61,118 bases of DNA from Balamuthia mandrillaris (Eukaryota), in NCBI GenBank assembly GCA_031835245.2, contig JAVKOQ020000052.1, forward strand, positions 186,001 to 247,118, read 5' to 3'. A model generated the notes under the pieces. It was not told where the DNA came from, did no database searches, and saw only the letters and a program-made list of their open reading frames with translations. The translations under genes and the position numbers were made by a program. Below, in pieces: positions 25,903-36,474 of the stretch. Each line of letters starts with the position of its first letter. The first letter of the stretch is position 1.

Positions 25903-26939
25903 TCTTCGGAAAATTCAGGAGAGCGGAAGCAATTGAGAAAAATGATTATAAGAACGGTGATGTCTGCAAATAACAAATGCCGCGAAATTTGGTGTGGTGG
26001 CAATCTAGATGCGAGGGAAAATTGGAGAGATAACCACGCTTGCTGCTAAGTGGCCGTTTGCTCGCTGCAGCAGATAAAATTCCGTTTTGTGATGCTGTTG
26101 CATTCGATGCCAGGGCACTCAAGAGCAACAGGTATATCACTTTGGGAACAAGGCTTCTAAAACGCGGCAACGGTCCCAGTGGTTGTTTGCCCTGTGCAGT
26201 GCTGCTGCCTTCGTCCCTGCCAAGGAATGGCGAAGCCTTGGGGCTGACTTTACAAGCAAGGCACGGCATGTTCTCTTTTGCTCAATATGGAGTGCTTGTT
26301 CCTAGCACTGTTTGTTGCTCACTACACATTGCTCGTTGCCACCTCAATGATCGCCATCGCCATCGCCACCAACAGAAGAAACCCGAACCTTCTACACTGC
26401 CCGTCGTGGTTGTTTGTAGAAGATTCGTGTTTCTTCATCTAGACTCTGTCCCAAGCGAAGAGTTTCTTTGTAGTCCAACACAAAAATGCCTTCTGTTTGA
26501 GCTTTGAGCTGCTCTTTTTGTTGCTGATAGCATGCTTTGTTTTTGCTGTTCTACGTGTTCTTGGTGATGGTAATAGTGTTCCACTTCTCTTCAAAAGCAA
26601 GTGATGTTTCTTGCCAAGTTTCAGCTGCAAGAAGAAGATCAGCTGGTATCATTGTGAGAGTGGAAGTTGTTTCAACAAAAGGGATCGGAGCAACAAGGGG
26701 GGAAGAGATGGAGGAGGGAGACAGATGCGGTTGTAGATGGGTTTTGGTGCAGGTCATGAGCACACATCCCAAGGAGACAGGATCGCAGAAAGCTTGTGAA
26801 CTCTTCTTCTTCCTTTCGCAAGGCTTGAAGCTGTCTTCTTCCTTCTTCCGTGGTAGCCTCCATCTTTTGCAGAAGCTGTTTCAGCTGTTGTTCACGCTTT
26901 GCTCTGTTGAGGTTTTTGCTGTAGACAGCTGTTCATCAT

Positions 26940-27195
26940 TTGCAGCTTTCTTTAAAAAGAAAGGATTTTAGGCTCATGTCCATCTCAGGAAAGACCTTTC
27001 GGAAGGACTGCCAGCAGACAGCAGTGATGCTCTTATTCCAATAACGGAAGGGAACAACTTCAGCAGGCCGTGCTTTTTTGTTTTCTTTTGAGCGTTACCA
27101 TTTTGTTGTCAGCTGGGCAGGAGTTCTTCATGCAGTAGTCCTTAACAGTTGCAACAACATCATTAGATACTTTGTGAAGGAACATGGGTGGCATG
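26940..27195 (-). mobile_element. Possible degraded DNA-transposase fragment
   Basis: Frameshifted reading VKDYCMKNSCPADNKMV../..VPFRYWNKSI..WQSFRKVFPEMDMSLKSF resembles N-terminal regions of Sola/Zator-like transposases; no catalytic core seen. Confidence 0.3.
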
Positions 27196-27900
27196 GGCTC
27201 TGGCACAGGAGACCCACCCTATTTTTTCAAATGATGTTCAAATGACCAGCTTGAGTCCTGTCGAGCAAACAAGAAAGAAAGAGAGGAAGGAAGAGTAAGA
27301 GAGAGCGAGAGAGAGCGAGTGGGAGTGAAAGAAAGAGGGCGAGAGAGAGAGAGAGAGAGAGCGCGAGCGAGCAAGTGGGCAAGAGAGTGTTATGGTGACA
27401 GCTGAGGAACGTCGAGTTTGGGTCAACTTAGTAAACACCAAGAGGTTTGTGTATCGTTCTCGTTCATTTGCCCGGCGTGATGTATGACAAGCACCTTTGG
27501 TATGCATGTCGATTGCACTCTTACGTCTTCTCTTTCACGGATTGGTCCGATTTAAGGACTAAACCCTTTAGTTACTCTGGAAAGCTCTTTAGAGATTCTC
27601 TCAGAAAGGGGGGAAGGTTTTTCCATTTCCAACTCTTCTTTATATATCTCTATCTTATTTTGTTTCATAATGTTTCCCGCTGCTGCCAGAGTGAACAAAG
27701 ACTCCTTCATACAATTACTCGTCTTTCACTCGTCGTAACCTTTCTATAGTCTTTGTCATTCAAACTTTGGGAGGTTTGGCTCAAAATCTTCCATTCATTT
27801 CAAGTGTTCACCAGGGACACCCCAACGTCTGACCTGTATTACACTGCTGCCACCACCAGTTCCAAAGTGACGTGCTACAATAAGGGAAGTGGTAACGTTG

Positions 27901-28038
27901 TGTTATACCACTCTCCCATAATACCTATCCCTATCTCTCCTTGTATATATATTTCTTTCTTTCATTCTATTAAAGGTCTTTTCCCTACGCCCATCGAGTT
28001 GGTGTCCGTTAGGCTATTCTCCTACCGGCCTTATCACA
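27901..28038. mobile_element. 138-bp solo-LTR-like insertion with 4-bp TSD
   Basis: TGTTATA...TATCACA termini; GTTG duplicated at 27897-27900 and 28039-28042; internal TATATATA and ATTAAA; removal restores GNVGGS. Confidence 0.8.
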
Positions 28039-28263
28039 GTTGGTGGATCGAATAGTATCGCAGTTGTCCTTGATTGCGATAACTACGTTACGACCTGCAA
28101 TGTGGAATACAGGATAAGGGCCGCTTGTTTGGATGTAGGTGACGGTGCTGAAGACGGTTACGATGGCACTGGAGACGGCAATGACGGTGGTGAAGTTCCC
28201 ACTTGTTACGAACTGGGAATCACAAGTCAAGGCACATGCGACGCTTTCTGTGGAGGTACTTAC

Positions 28264-28374
28264 TGTAAGCCCGCAAGGTAGACAAAACTAAAATAACACG
28301 TCACACTATTCCTCTTTATCTCTGTGGGAAAATACATGGCCCCTCAATACTTATGTCCACCCTGCGGCGCTACA
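28264..28374 (+). mobile_element. 111-bp MITE with 21-bp imperfect TIRs and 9-bp TSD (Introner-like)
   Basis: Left TGTAAGCCCGCAAGGTAGACA vs right (rc) TGTAGCGCCGCAGGGTGGACA, 16/21 identical; GGTACTTAC at 28255-28263 and 28375-28383. Confidence 0.85.
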
Positions 28375-28452
28375 GGTACTTACATGTGGGGATTCTATAA
28401 CGGGCTGATAAGTTGTGATTGCTTGACCGGTTTGGCTTGTGCTGACGTTCCT

Positions 28453-28557
28453 GGCACTGGAGACGGGTATGACGGCACCGCAGACGGTTACGATGGCACT
28501 GGAGATGGTAATGATGGCACAGGTGACGGTAATGATGGCACCGGGGATGGCAACGAT
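28453..28557 (+). repeat. Five 21-bp coding tandem repeats (GTGDGND-like)
   Basis: GGCACTGGAGACGGGTATGAC / GGCACCGCAGACGGTTACGAT / GGCACTGGAGATGGTAATGAT etc. Confidence 0.85.
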
Positions 28558-28965
28558 GGCAATGAAGACAGTGACGGTGGTGATCCCAAAGGTGATGGAG
28601 CTAACCCCAATCACATCACCCCGTTTGCTTTTAACAACTTGTTTTAAGGTCACTAGTCAACTGTCTCACTTTAAAATACATTTTCTTCTTTTCCTTTGTC
28701 GAGTCTCAGCTGTTAAAATATTGCTCTACAGCCATACTAAGCATGACAGGGTGTGGAAATGGTTGTCCATCGTTTGAGTTTTTTGAAGAGCAGGTGTTTC
28801 AACTATATAACGGCAAGATTGCTTTATGACGGGCCTGTAACTTTCGGTTCACTCTCATTACTGGTTAGCTCTCGCCTTCGCTGCTACCTCAGTCACCCTT
28901 ACAATGCTGTGCTGATAAAAGAATAAAAAATAAAAAAGAACCAATTAAATAAATAAAAAAGATTA

Positions 28966-29038
28966 TGAGGACGACGTGACTTGAACACGCAGCCTTTCGG
29001 TCTGGAGCCGAACGCTCTACCAATTGAGCTACGCCCCC
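28966..29038 (-). tRNA. trnW: tRNA-Trp(CCA), copy 2
   Basis: Identical to copy 1; downstream TAATCTTTTTT. Confidence 0.96.
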
Positions 29039-29435
29039 CACGGAGGCAAATGGGCGTGATTATTAGATGATGGTAGGCTATTCTCCTCCGTTTATTTCTC
29101 TAAAACGAAAGGAGGTGCACATGACAATCCGCCAGCGCGTCTATGGGGTACCTCCCGCACCGAATCAACTTTGCTCAGCGACAACATTACTGTTGGAGTT
29201 CCTCGTGCCTTCTTTGCCTGTTTTTTTCGCCCTACACACAGCACACCGGACAAAAAATGGCAATGAGATGGTTGCTCCACTTTAATTAATTGATTGCAGC
29301 TATAAAGCCATATGTCGCAATTTATCTTCAAAAAAAGAATACCAGCCTCAGTTGCTTTTACGAGCAGGCCGTTGTTTTGCTGTTATTTTCTTTGGTAGGG
29401 CAAGAGCAAGAGCTCAAAAAAAAAACAACAACAAT

Positions 29436-29931
29436 ATGGATATGGCAAGTGCTGGTATGAACCTTCTTCTTCCTTGTCTTGTCTTTTTTTTTTTGTAAAG
29501 TTTGTTCTTTGTTTGCGTTCTGGACTGGTCTAAACTCATATTTTAACAATAAAATAATAATAATAAAAAAGGGTACGGCTCTTTCTTTCCGGTTTCTTCG
29601 GAGCCAGACACCGGTTCCGACGACTCGAGCTACGAGTACGATGACCTGCGTGCCGTTCCCTTCGACAGGGCCATAGCGGCTGCCGGTGGTGGCAGAGCCA
29701 TTCCTGCTCAACCCAAAACCGACGACGACACCTCTGAATTCAGCGAGTTGGAACCTATGGCCCCTCGCAAGATCTCCAATCGGGGAAACGCTGGTTCGTT
29801 TTTTTTTTTGTACTTTTGATATACCCTCTCCTTGATTTCTTTCTTTTGCGCTTTGTCTTCTTGTTGTTTTCTTTCTTTGTTTTTGTTTATTTTTTTCTCT
29901 TGTCATATATTTCTTCTCTCTCATCTTTTTG

Positions 29932-29966
<35 letters not shown>

Positions 29967-30319
29967 TCAAACACCAAAATATAGTTGCACAAAAAAGTCT
30001 TCCCGGTTCAGGCAGCTTTCAAGCCTCCGACTCTGAGGACGATGACACCTCCTCCTTCGTGCCCTCTCGTCGCTCCACGCGTCGGGGCAAGTCCGGCACC
30101 GCCTCCGAGGCGAACCGACAAGACACCGGACAAAACCATTACCAATCCTATAAAGCCGGTTTCACGTCGGACCTGGCCACGGAGAGGGTGACCATGTCTG
30201 AGTTTGAGGAGGACGAGGAGGATCCCTTCGTCTCGGCGACAGAGTCTAATAATACGACTTATGCCCCATTGAGACCTTCTCCTGGTTTGTGTTTTACGTT
30301 TCTCTTCTTCCCCCTGCTA

Positions 30320-30357
<38 letters not shown>

Positions 30358-32445
30358 CCTTGTTCTCTGCTTCTCGTTTCTTCCTGCTTTTGCAGCTGTT
30401 ATTGTCTTTATCTATTCTTTGAGCATTGCAGCTAACGCGCACCTTCTGTTATATAGCTTTGATGCCAAGAACCTCCACCCGAACTCAGTCCTCTCGCGCC
30501 ATTCCACAAGCTCTGGTCGAAGATCCTGACGATGACCTCTCCGAGACTTACAACACCTTCCCCGACCTCTCCGAATGGGAGGGAGAGGACGATGACGACG
30601 ACACCTCCACCTCAAGCAACTATAGTTCTCTCAAGGCGGTTGGTGCCTCCCTTCAACCACAACAACAAACAAACGGAGGGGATGCCCAACAACTCCAAGC
30701 AACAGCCTCAGGAGCCAAGTCAAGCCGTTCCTCCTCCTCCTCCTCCGGTTCGAGAAGAAAGAAGAAGAAAGGAGGAGCCGAGGACCTCATCGCCGCAGCA
30801 AGCCAAGAGATGGCTCTCACTTCTTCCTCCGGAGCTGTTCTCTCTTCCTCCGGAGCAGCCTCTCCTTCCGGTCTTACCAGCAGCGGAAAGATGAGCAAGA
30901 AGGAGTTGAAAGAGGAGAAGAAAAAGTTGAGAAAGACCAAGAGCGACCTGAAACGTAACAAGAAGGACAGCGCGACCCCTCCTCCCAAAACGGCCAAGAA
31001 GTGCAAAAAGAAAGTGATGGAGATAGCAAGCTTGGTTAAGGGCATCATCTTGGCCATCTGCAGCAAAGCCAAGACCACAAAGGCTAAAGGCGGAAGCCGC
31101 AACAGCCCCAAGGTTACATTGAAGATCAGTTCGGGAGACTTGGATCGTTTGAAGTATCTTTATGAAACGGTTCACTTGATTACTATTTATGTTTCCTGCC
31201 AAACCAAGGCCGTCTTGAAGGTATCGCACCTTGCTGTTCTTGCTCTTCTCTTTCTCCTCCTCCTTCTCCTTCTTCTCTTCTTTATTCTTTCATGTTTTGT
31301 TGTTTCAATTCTCATTCCGTTCTTACTTTGCTTTCTTCGTCTTGCTTCTTCTTGTTCTTCAGATTCATGCCTATGCTGAGCTCCTGACCGCACTCTATGA
31401 TGCCCTCTTTGAGACCAAGAAAATGGTGGAGAGCATCAAGAAGGGAGAGGTCGCCATCACCGAAAACTTTGATATCTTCGAGATGACCCTCCGCAAGTAC
31501 CTTGAGCAGCTCAACAGGATGTTTCCTCTGGAGAGCGATGCCAAGCCTCTGCCCGACCCTCCCTCATCCTTGATTGAGGACGCGCGTGCTCGTCAGGTTT
31601 GGGAGACCCAAATCGGCTGTCTCTGCCATTACACCACGTTCGACCACTTTGTGGCGAGCATCATCAAGGTGGAGTTCCCGGAGGCGGGAGAGAACCCAGA
31701 GTTCATCAAGTACATCAAATACTTTGTCAACTTCCCGGACGATAACATGGTAAGAACATTCTTTACTCTTTTTGTTTTAGTCATGTATAATGTTTTAGGT
31801 TTTAACTGCTTCTTTAAAACAAAGGTAACGACATACAAATGGAATCTGCTCATCCGCTTGTTTGGACCGTACGAGCAGTTTGCCCAGAACTTCAAGGGCA
31901 TCGTCATGGAGAAAGGCTTCTTGGGTCTTATCAACCGTATTAAGGTTCAACTCATTCTTTCTTTTTATCTTTCTTTCTTCTTGTTTATTCTCTTTTTCTT
32001 TCGTCGTTTCTCTTTCTCTTTCTCTCTTTCCCTTTCTCTTTCTCTTTCCCTTTCTCTTTCTTTTTATAATGAACTAAAGCAACTCTACAAACACATATAG
32101 GCCAACGAAATCCTTCAACTCTCTCCTCATCTCAGCTGCGTCCTCATGGTCCGTTTCAGCCGAACGGAGCCCGAGTTCTTGGCGTTCAGCTTCAAGGACG
32201 AGGAGGGCAACATCAACCACAGCCTCAACAAGGACGACGACGACCCCCAGCGAATCGTCCCCGTCAGCGAGTACATCAAGAAGAAGTTTGACGGCTTCAA
32301 GCTGGTCGGCCAGAGGGTGAAGGTCTTTGGGGACGTGGCCACGGACCTTGGTTTGTACGAGTACGCAAAGACCAGCGTGAGCGACGCCTATATCATTCCA
32401 GATATGGAGTTGATCAAGGCGGCGGCCAAGAAGGGAGGCAAGTAA
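29436..32445 (+). CDS. Cbl TKB-like (helical bundle, EF-hand, SH2) protein with long disordered N-terminus (multi-exon)
   Basis: IEDARARQVWETQIG, VTTYKWNLLIRLFGPY (cf. Cbl EF-hand RLFQPW), SH2-like FLGLINRIKANEIL..MVRFSRTEPEFLAFSF. Confidence 0.7.
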
Positions 32446-32862
32446 GTTAGACTCACCGCAAGTTGACCTCTTATTTTTTTTGGTCTGTTTTTGGCGGAGA
32501 AACACAACAGGAAAAAAAACCTTTTTGGTTTCGGTTCTCTCCTCTTCGTTTTGTTGTAGCAATTTATTAAATGTTTTTTTTAAAAAAAAGATTTTTGAAT
32601 GATGCTTTGCTTCTATCCTTCTCTCTCTCTCTCTCACTTCCTCTCTCCTTTGAATTACTGTCGACAACTGTGATGACGTAATTTTGTCGACATATGAAAC
32701 TTCTCAATCGATGCCGCATTCCTTCTTCCGAACTTCTTTCGCTTCCACACCGATTTTCCACTCGTTTTCTCACTTCTTTTTTCTTTTCCATTTTTTATTT
32801 ATTTATTTTTCAAAGAGAGAAGAGAGAGATAAAGAAAGACCACTAAAAGAAGCAACAAACAG

Positions 32863-33222
32863 ATGAGCTCCAGCAGGAACGACAGCAGTGGGACCCGAGT
32901 GCACGTGGTGGCTGTGGACAACAGCCGCGACGCCGAGGCATCCTTCGCATGGGTGGCGCGCAACACCCCTCGCCAGGACAAGCTGGTGGTGGTGAACGGG
33001 CTGCAGCAGTGGCCGCCGGCCTACCTCGGCACGGAACCCTTGGACCACAAAACCAAGCAACGCACCTACGGCAGCGCTGCCATGCACCAGCAGGCCATCT
33101 TCGATAAGTACAGAGAGAAATGCAAAACTTGGGGGGTATGGTTTCTCTCACCCTTGAAACATTCTTGTTCGCTTCATCCGACGTTTTACTCTTTTTTTTC
33201 TGTCTTAAAATATGTTTTTTTA

Positions 33223-33254
<32 letters not shown>

Positions 33255-33493
33255 TTATTTTTATTTTTTTATCTTTTATTTTTGTTGTCTTATTTTTGTT
33301 CTTCTGCTGACGATGCAACAAAATAGAGGACATGCGAGTTCCGTTCGTTGTCCTACTCCACGAATGGAGAGCTGGCCAAAGGCATTTGTGACATCGCCGA
33401 CCAAATTGATGCCGAGAGCGTCGTCTGTGGCTCCCGTGGCACTGGCGTCGTTGGAAGGTTTCTTTCTTTCTTTTCGTTCACCTCCCTCTCGTT

Positions 33494-33540
<47 letters not shown>

Positions 33541-33719
33541 TCGTTTCTCCTCTCTCACTCCTGGCTATCGTGTTCTCAAACCTTGGTCTCTCCCTTCTGT
33601 CTTTGCTTGCTTCCAGGATGTTGCTCGGGTCTGTGAGCACAGGTCTCCTGCATCAATGCCACTGCAATGTGATCGTTGCAAAGGACAAAGAAAAAGAGAG
33701 AACTGAAGTGAAAAAGTAA
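32863..33719 (+). CDS. Universal stress protein (UspA family), 3 exons
   Basis: VVAVDNSRDAEASFAW, VVCGSRGTG, LLGSVSTGLLHQCHCNVIV. Confidence 0.92.
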
Positions 33720-33816
33720 ACGAGCAACACGTGAATAAAAAACAATGTGAAATATTTTGGTTCATCATTCCACAACCTTTCTGTTATTAGCACGCCAGAG
33801 AGAAGAAAGAATGGAT

Positions 33817-35507
33817 TCACTTTTGAGAAGAAGGAGCTGCTGTAGAAGAGAGCAAAACGAGAATGTCGCTCAATGAGATGACGTCGATGGGTTGGTTTTG
33901 TGCATCAACGATGTAGATCCTGTGCACCTTGCTGACGGCCAGCTTGCCCAACACTAATCCCAAAGCGTCCTTCATGCTGCAAGATATCGCCGGGTTCACA
34001 ATCTGTTGTTGTGTTGTTTGTTAAATTGTTTGTTCCCTCAACATGACAAGAGGAAAGAAAGAAAAGAAGAGAGGAGAGAGAGAGAGAGAGAGAGGAGAAG
34101 GAGAAAGAAGGAGAAGGAGAAGGAGAAAGAAGGAGAAGGAGAAGGAGAAGGAGAAGGGAGAAGGAGAAGGAGAAGGAGAAGGAGAAGGAGAAGGAGAAGG
34201 AGAAGGAGAAGGAGAAGGAGAAGGAGAAGGAGAAGGAGAAGGAGAAGGAGAAGGAGAAGGAGGAGAGAGAGAGAGAGAGTGAGAAGGTGATACGAACATC
34301 TATAGAGTCCATGTGAATCTGAGTCAAAAAGTGACTAATCGGTTGGTAGAGCTTTGCCAATATAGAGCTATCCGTTGATATAGCCTGTTTGTTTCAATAG
34401 TTAGACATAAGCCAAATAAAAAAGATAGAGAAAAGAAAAGAAAAGATAAAAATGAAAAAAAAAGAATAATGATAAAACATGAAAAGTTTTAACACGAAAG
34501 AAGGAAAAACAAACCCTGATATCTCTGGTGCTAACATTGGCAACCAAGTGTCCATCAGCATCCACCACAGCGATGGCACTGATCTTGTGCTGATGCATCA
34601 GCTTGTAGGCATCAATGGTGCGACTGTCGATGGATACAGTTATGACCTTCTTCTTGCCAACGACGCCCAACTCTTTGAGAGGAGTGTTGACGATGGGTCC
34701 CAAGGCGCTCATGTGCTTGGCCAAGTGGTCCACTACAGCGGATTGAGTCACAATGTTTACGACTTTGCCTTCCTCGTTCACGATTGGAACCTGCATTATT
34801 TTTATTATTAAAATAGCATAAACAAAGATAGCGAAAAGAGAGAGAGAGAGAGAGAAGAAGAAGAAGAAGAAGAAGAAGAAGAAGAAGAAGAAGAAGAAGA
34901 AGAAGAAGAAGAAGAAGAACAAGAACGAAGAAGAAGAAGAACAAGAACGAAGAAGAAGAAGAAGAACATGAACAAGAAGAAGAAGAAGAAGAACAAGAAG
35001 AACAAGAAGAAGAAGAACAAGAAGATTCGAAGGGAGCTAATTACGCGGTGAACTCGTTTCTTGCCGAGTATTTCCAAGACTTGGAGCAAAGGTTCTCCTT
35101 GCTTCACAGGGATAAATGGGTTACGTTCAGAGAGTCCTTTTTCGTAGAAAAGAGAGGGCAAAGGAGTAAGCAAGGATGAGAAAACGAGAAGAGAGAACAG
35201 AGAGCAACTCAAAAACAAAAATAAAAGAAGGAGACGATAGCTACCAGCAATTTCTTTCACTTTGGTGGTGGTGAAACGTTCGCCTTGCTCAAGCACAGCC
35301 AAATGCTGCAATTCCTCCTGCCATCTGTTGTGAGTGCCCAGTGCCGTCTCATCAAACTTTTTGAACCAAAGAAAAACAGAACGATGCGGTTGGTTGGAAA
35401 ACGAAGAAGCAGTGAAAGAAAGAATGGGGCGCGAAAGAGAAGAACGGCAACATAGAACAGAGAGCGAGTGAAGAATGAGCGAGAGAAAAGAGAGCGAATG
35501 CAAGAGA

Positions 35508-35544
<37 letters not shown>

Positions 35545-35977
35545 AAGAAGAAGGAAGAGAAGAAGAGAAGCACAAACGGAGCACAACGGAGAGAGAGAAC
35601 AATGAAGAACCACAACAGAAGCGAATGAGAGTGAGAAGAGAGGAAAAGAGAGTCTCACCAGATGGACCATGAAAGTAACGATGTCAAGGAGGTCAATGAA
35701 CGCGTAGAACTCCTTGTTCTCATTCTCCACAGGAATGCTCAGCACATTCTTGGCAAACAAGATCTGTTTTTTGCTTTTTTTCAGCCATCAAAAAAAAAAA
35801 TCACAAAAAAATTCGCAAAAATAAACAAACGTTCATAGCATCCACCACAGGCGCTTCGCCAGAGACAGAAAAGATCTCTTTGACGGTGCCGAGGTCATCC
35901 ACTCGAAGTTCGGCGAGCGAGGCTTTGCCCTTCTGGGTCGAAGAAGAAGAGGAAGAAGCTCCACCCCCGCTGGACAT
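33817..35977 (-). CDS. Four-CBS-domain protein (AMPK gamma-like), multi-exon
   Basis: NVLSIPV..FIDLLDIV, RVHR/VPIVNEEGKVVNIVTQS, KISAIAVVDADG..VSTRDI, KVHRIYIVD..VISLSDIL. Confidence 0.88.
34090..34262. repeat. (GAAGGA)n intronic microsatellite
   Basis: Tandem GAAGGA units inside a CBS gene intron. Confidence 0.9.
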
Positions 35978-36474
35978 TGTGTTTCTATTTTTTTCTAACG
36001 TTTTTTTTTTGTTTTGCAGTTCAACAAATTTTATTTTTTTTCTTTAACTTTTTCCTTTTTCAACGAAATTGATGCATTTTTGGTCAAGAAATTTCGAATA
36101 TTTGTAGACAAGGTGACGTCACCTCTCCGACACGCCTCATTGGCGCTTTGAAAAACATTTATTTTGAGATCATCGGTCTATGATCATTGAGGAGTCTTTG
36201 TTAAAAAAAGGCGGGAAAATAAACGGAACATTTTTTGTAGACACAAGGAAAAAAATAAAAGAAAGGGAGAAAGAAAGAGAGAGAAAGTCACATTTGTTGC
36301 TTCTTCTTCTTTTCTTTTCGTGGCGGAGCTCCGTTCAGTGTACGTTTTTTTTAAAATGCTTGTTCTTGTTCTTCTTGTTCTTCTACTTCTCCTTTTGCTT
36401 CTTAAATCAAAAAAATAAATAAATAACGGAACAAACGACAAAAAATAACAGAGAAGGAAAAAGAGAAGAGAGAA

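Larger units (their letters stand above)
27798..28647 (+). pseudogene. 5'-truncated paralog of the secreted Cys-rich gene at 41280, interrupted by two insertions
   Basis: After removing the insertions it reads FQVFTRDTPTSDLYY..VTCYNKGSGNVGGSNSIAVVLDCDNYVTTCNVEYRI..FCGGTYMW..NGLISCDCLTGLACADVP..NHITPFAFNNLF*, colinear with the 41280 gene; no signal-peptide exon found. Confidence 0.8.

Noticed and set aside
27478..27797. Possible third LTR (TG..CA with TATA) abutting the paralog
   Set aside because: No TSD and no defensible left boundary
29074..29087. TAGGCTATTCTCCT shared with the solo LTR (28010-28023), 35 bp upstream of tRNA copy 2
   Set aside because: Only 14 bp with weak extension and no termini or TSD; could be chance
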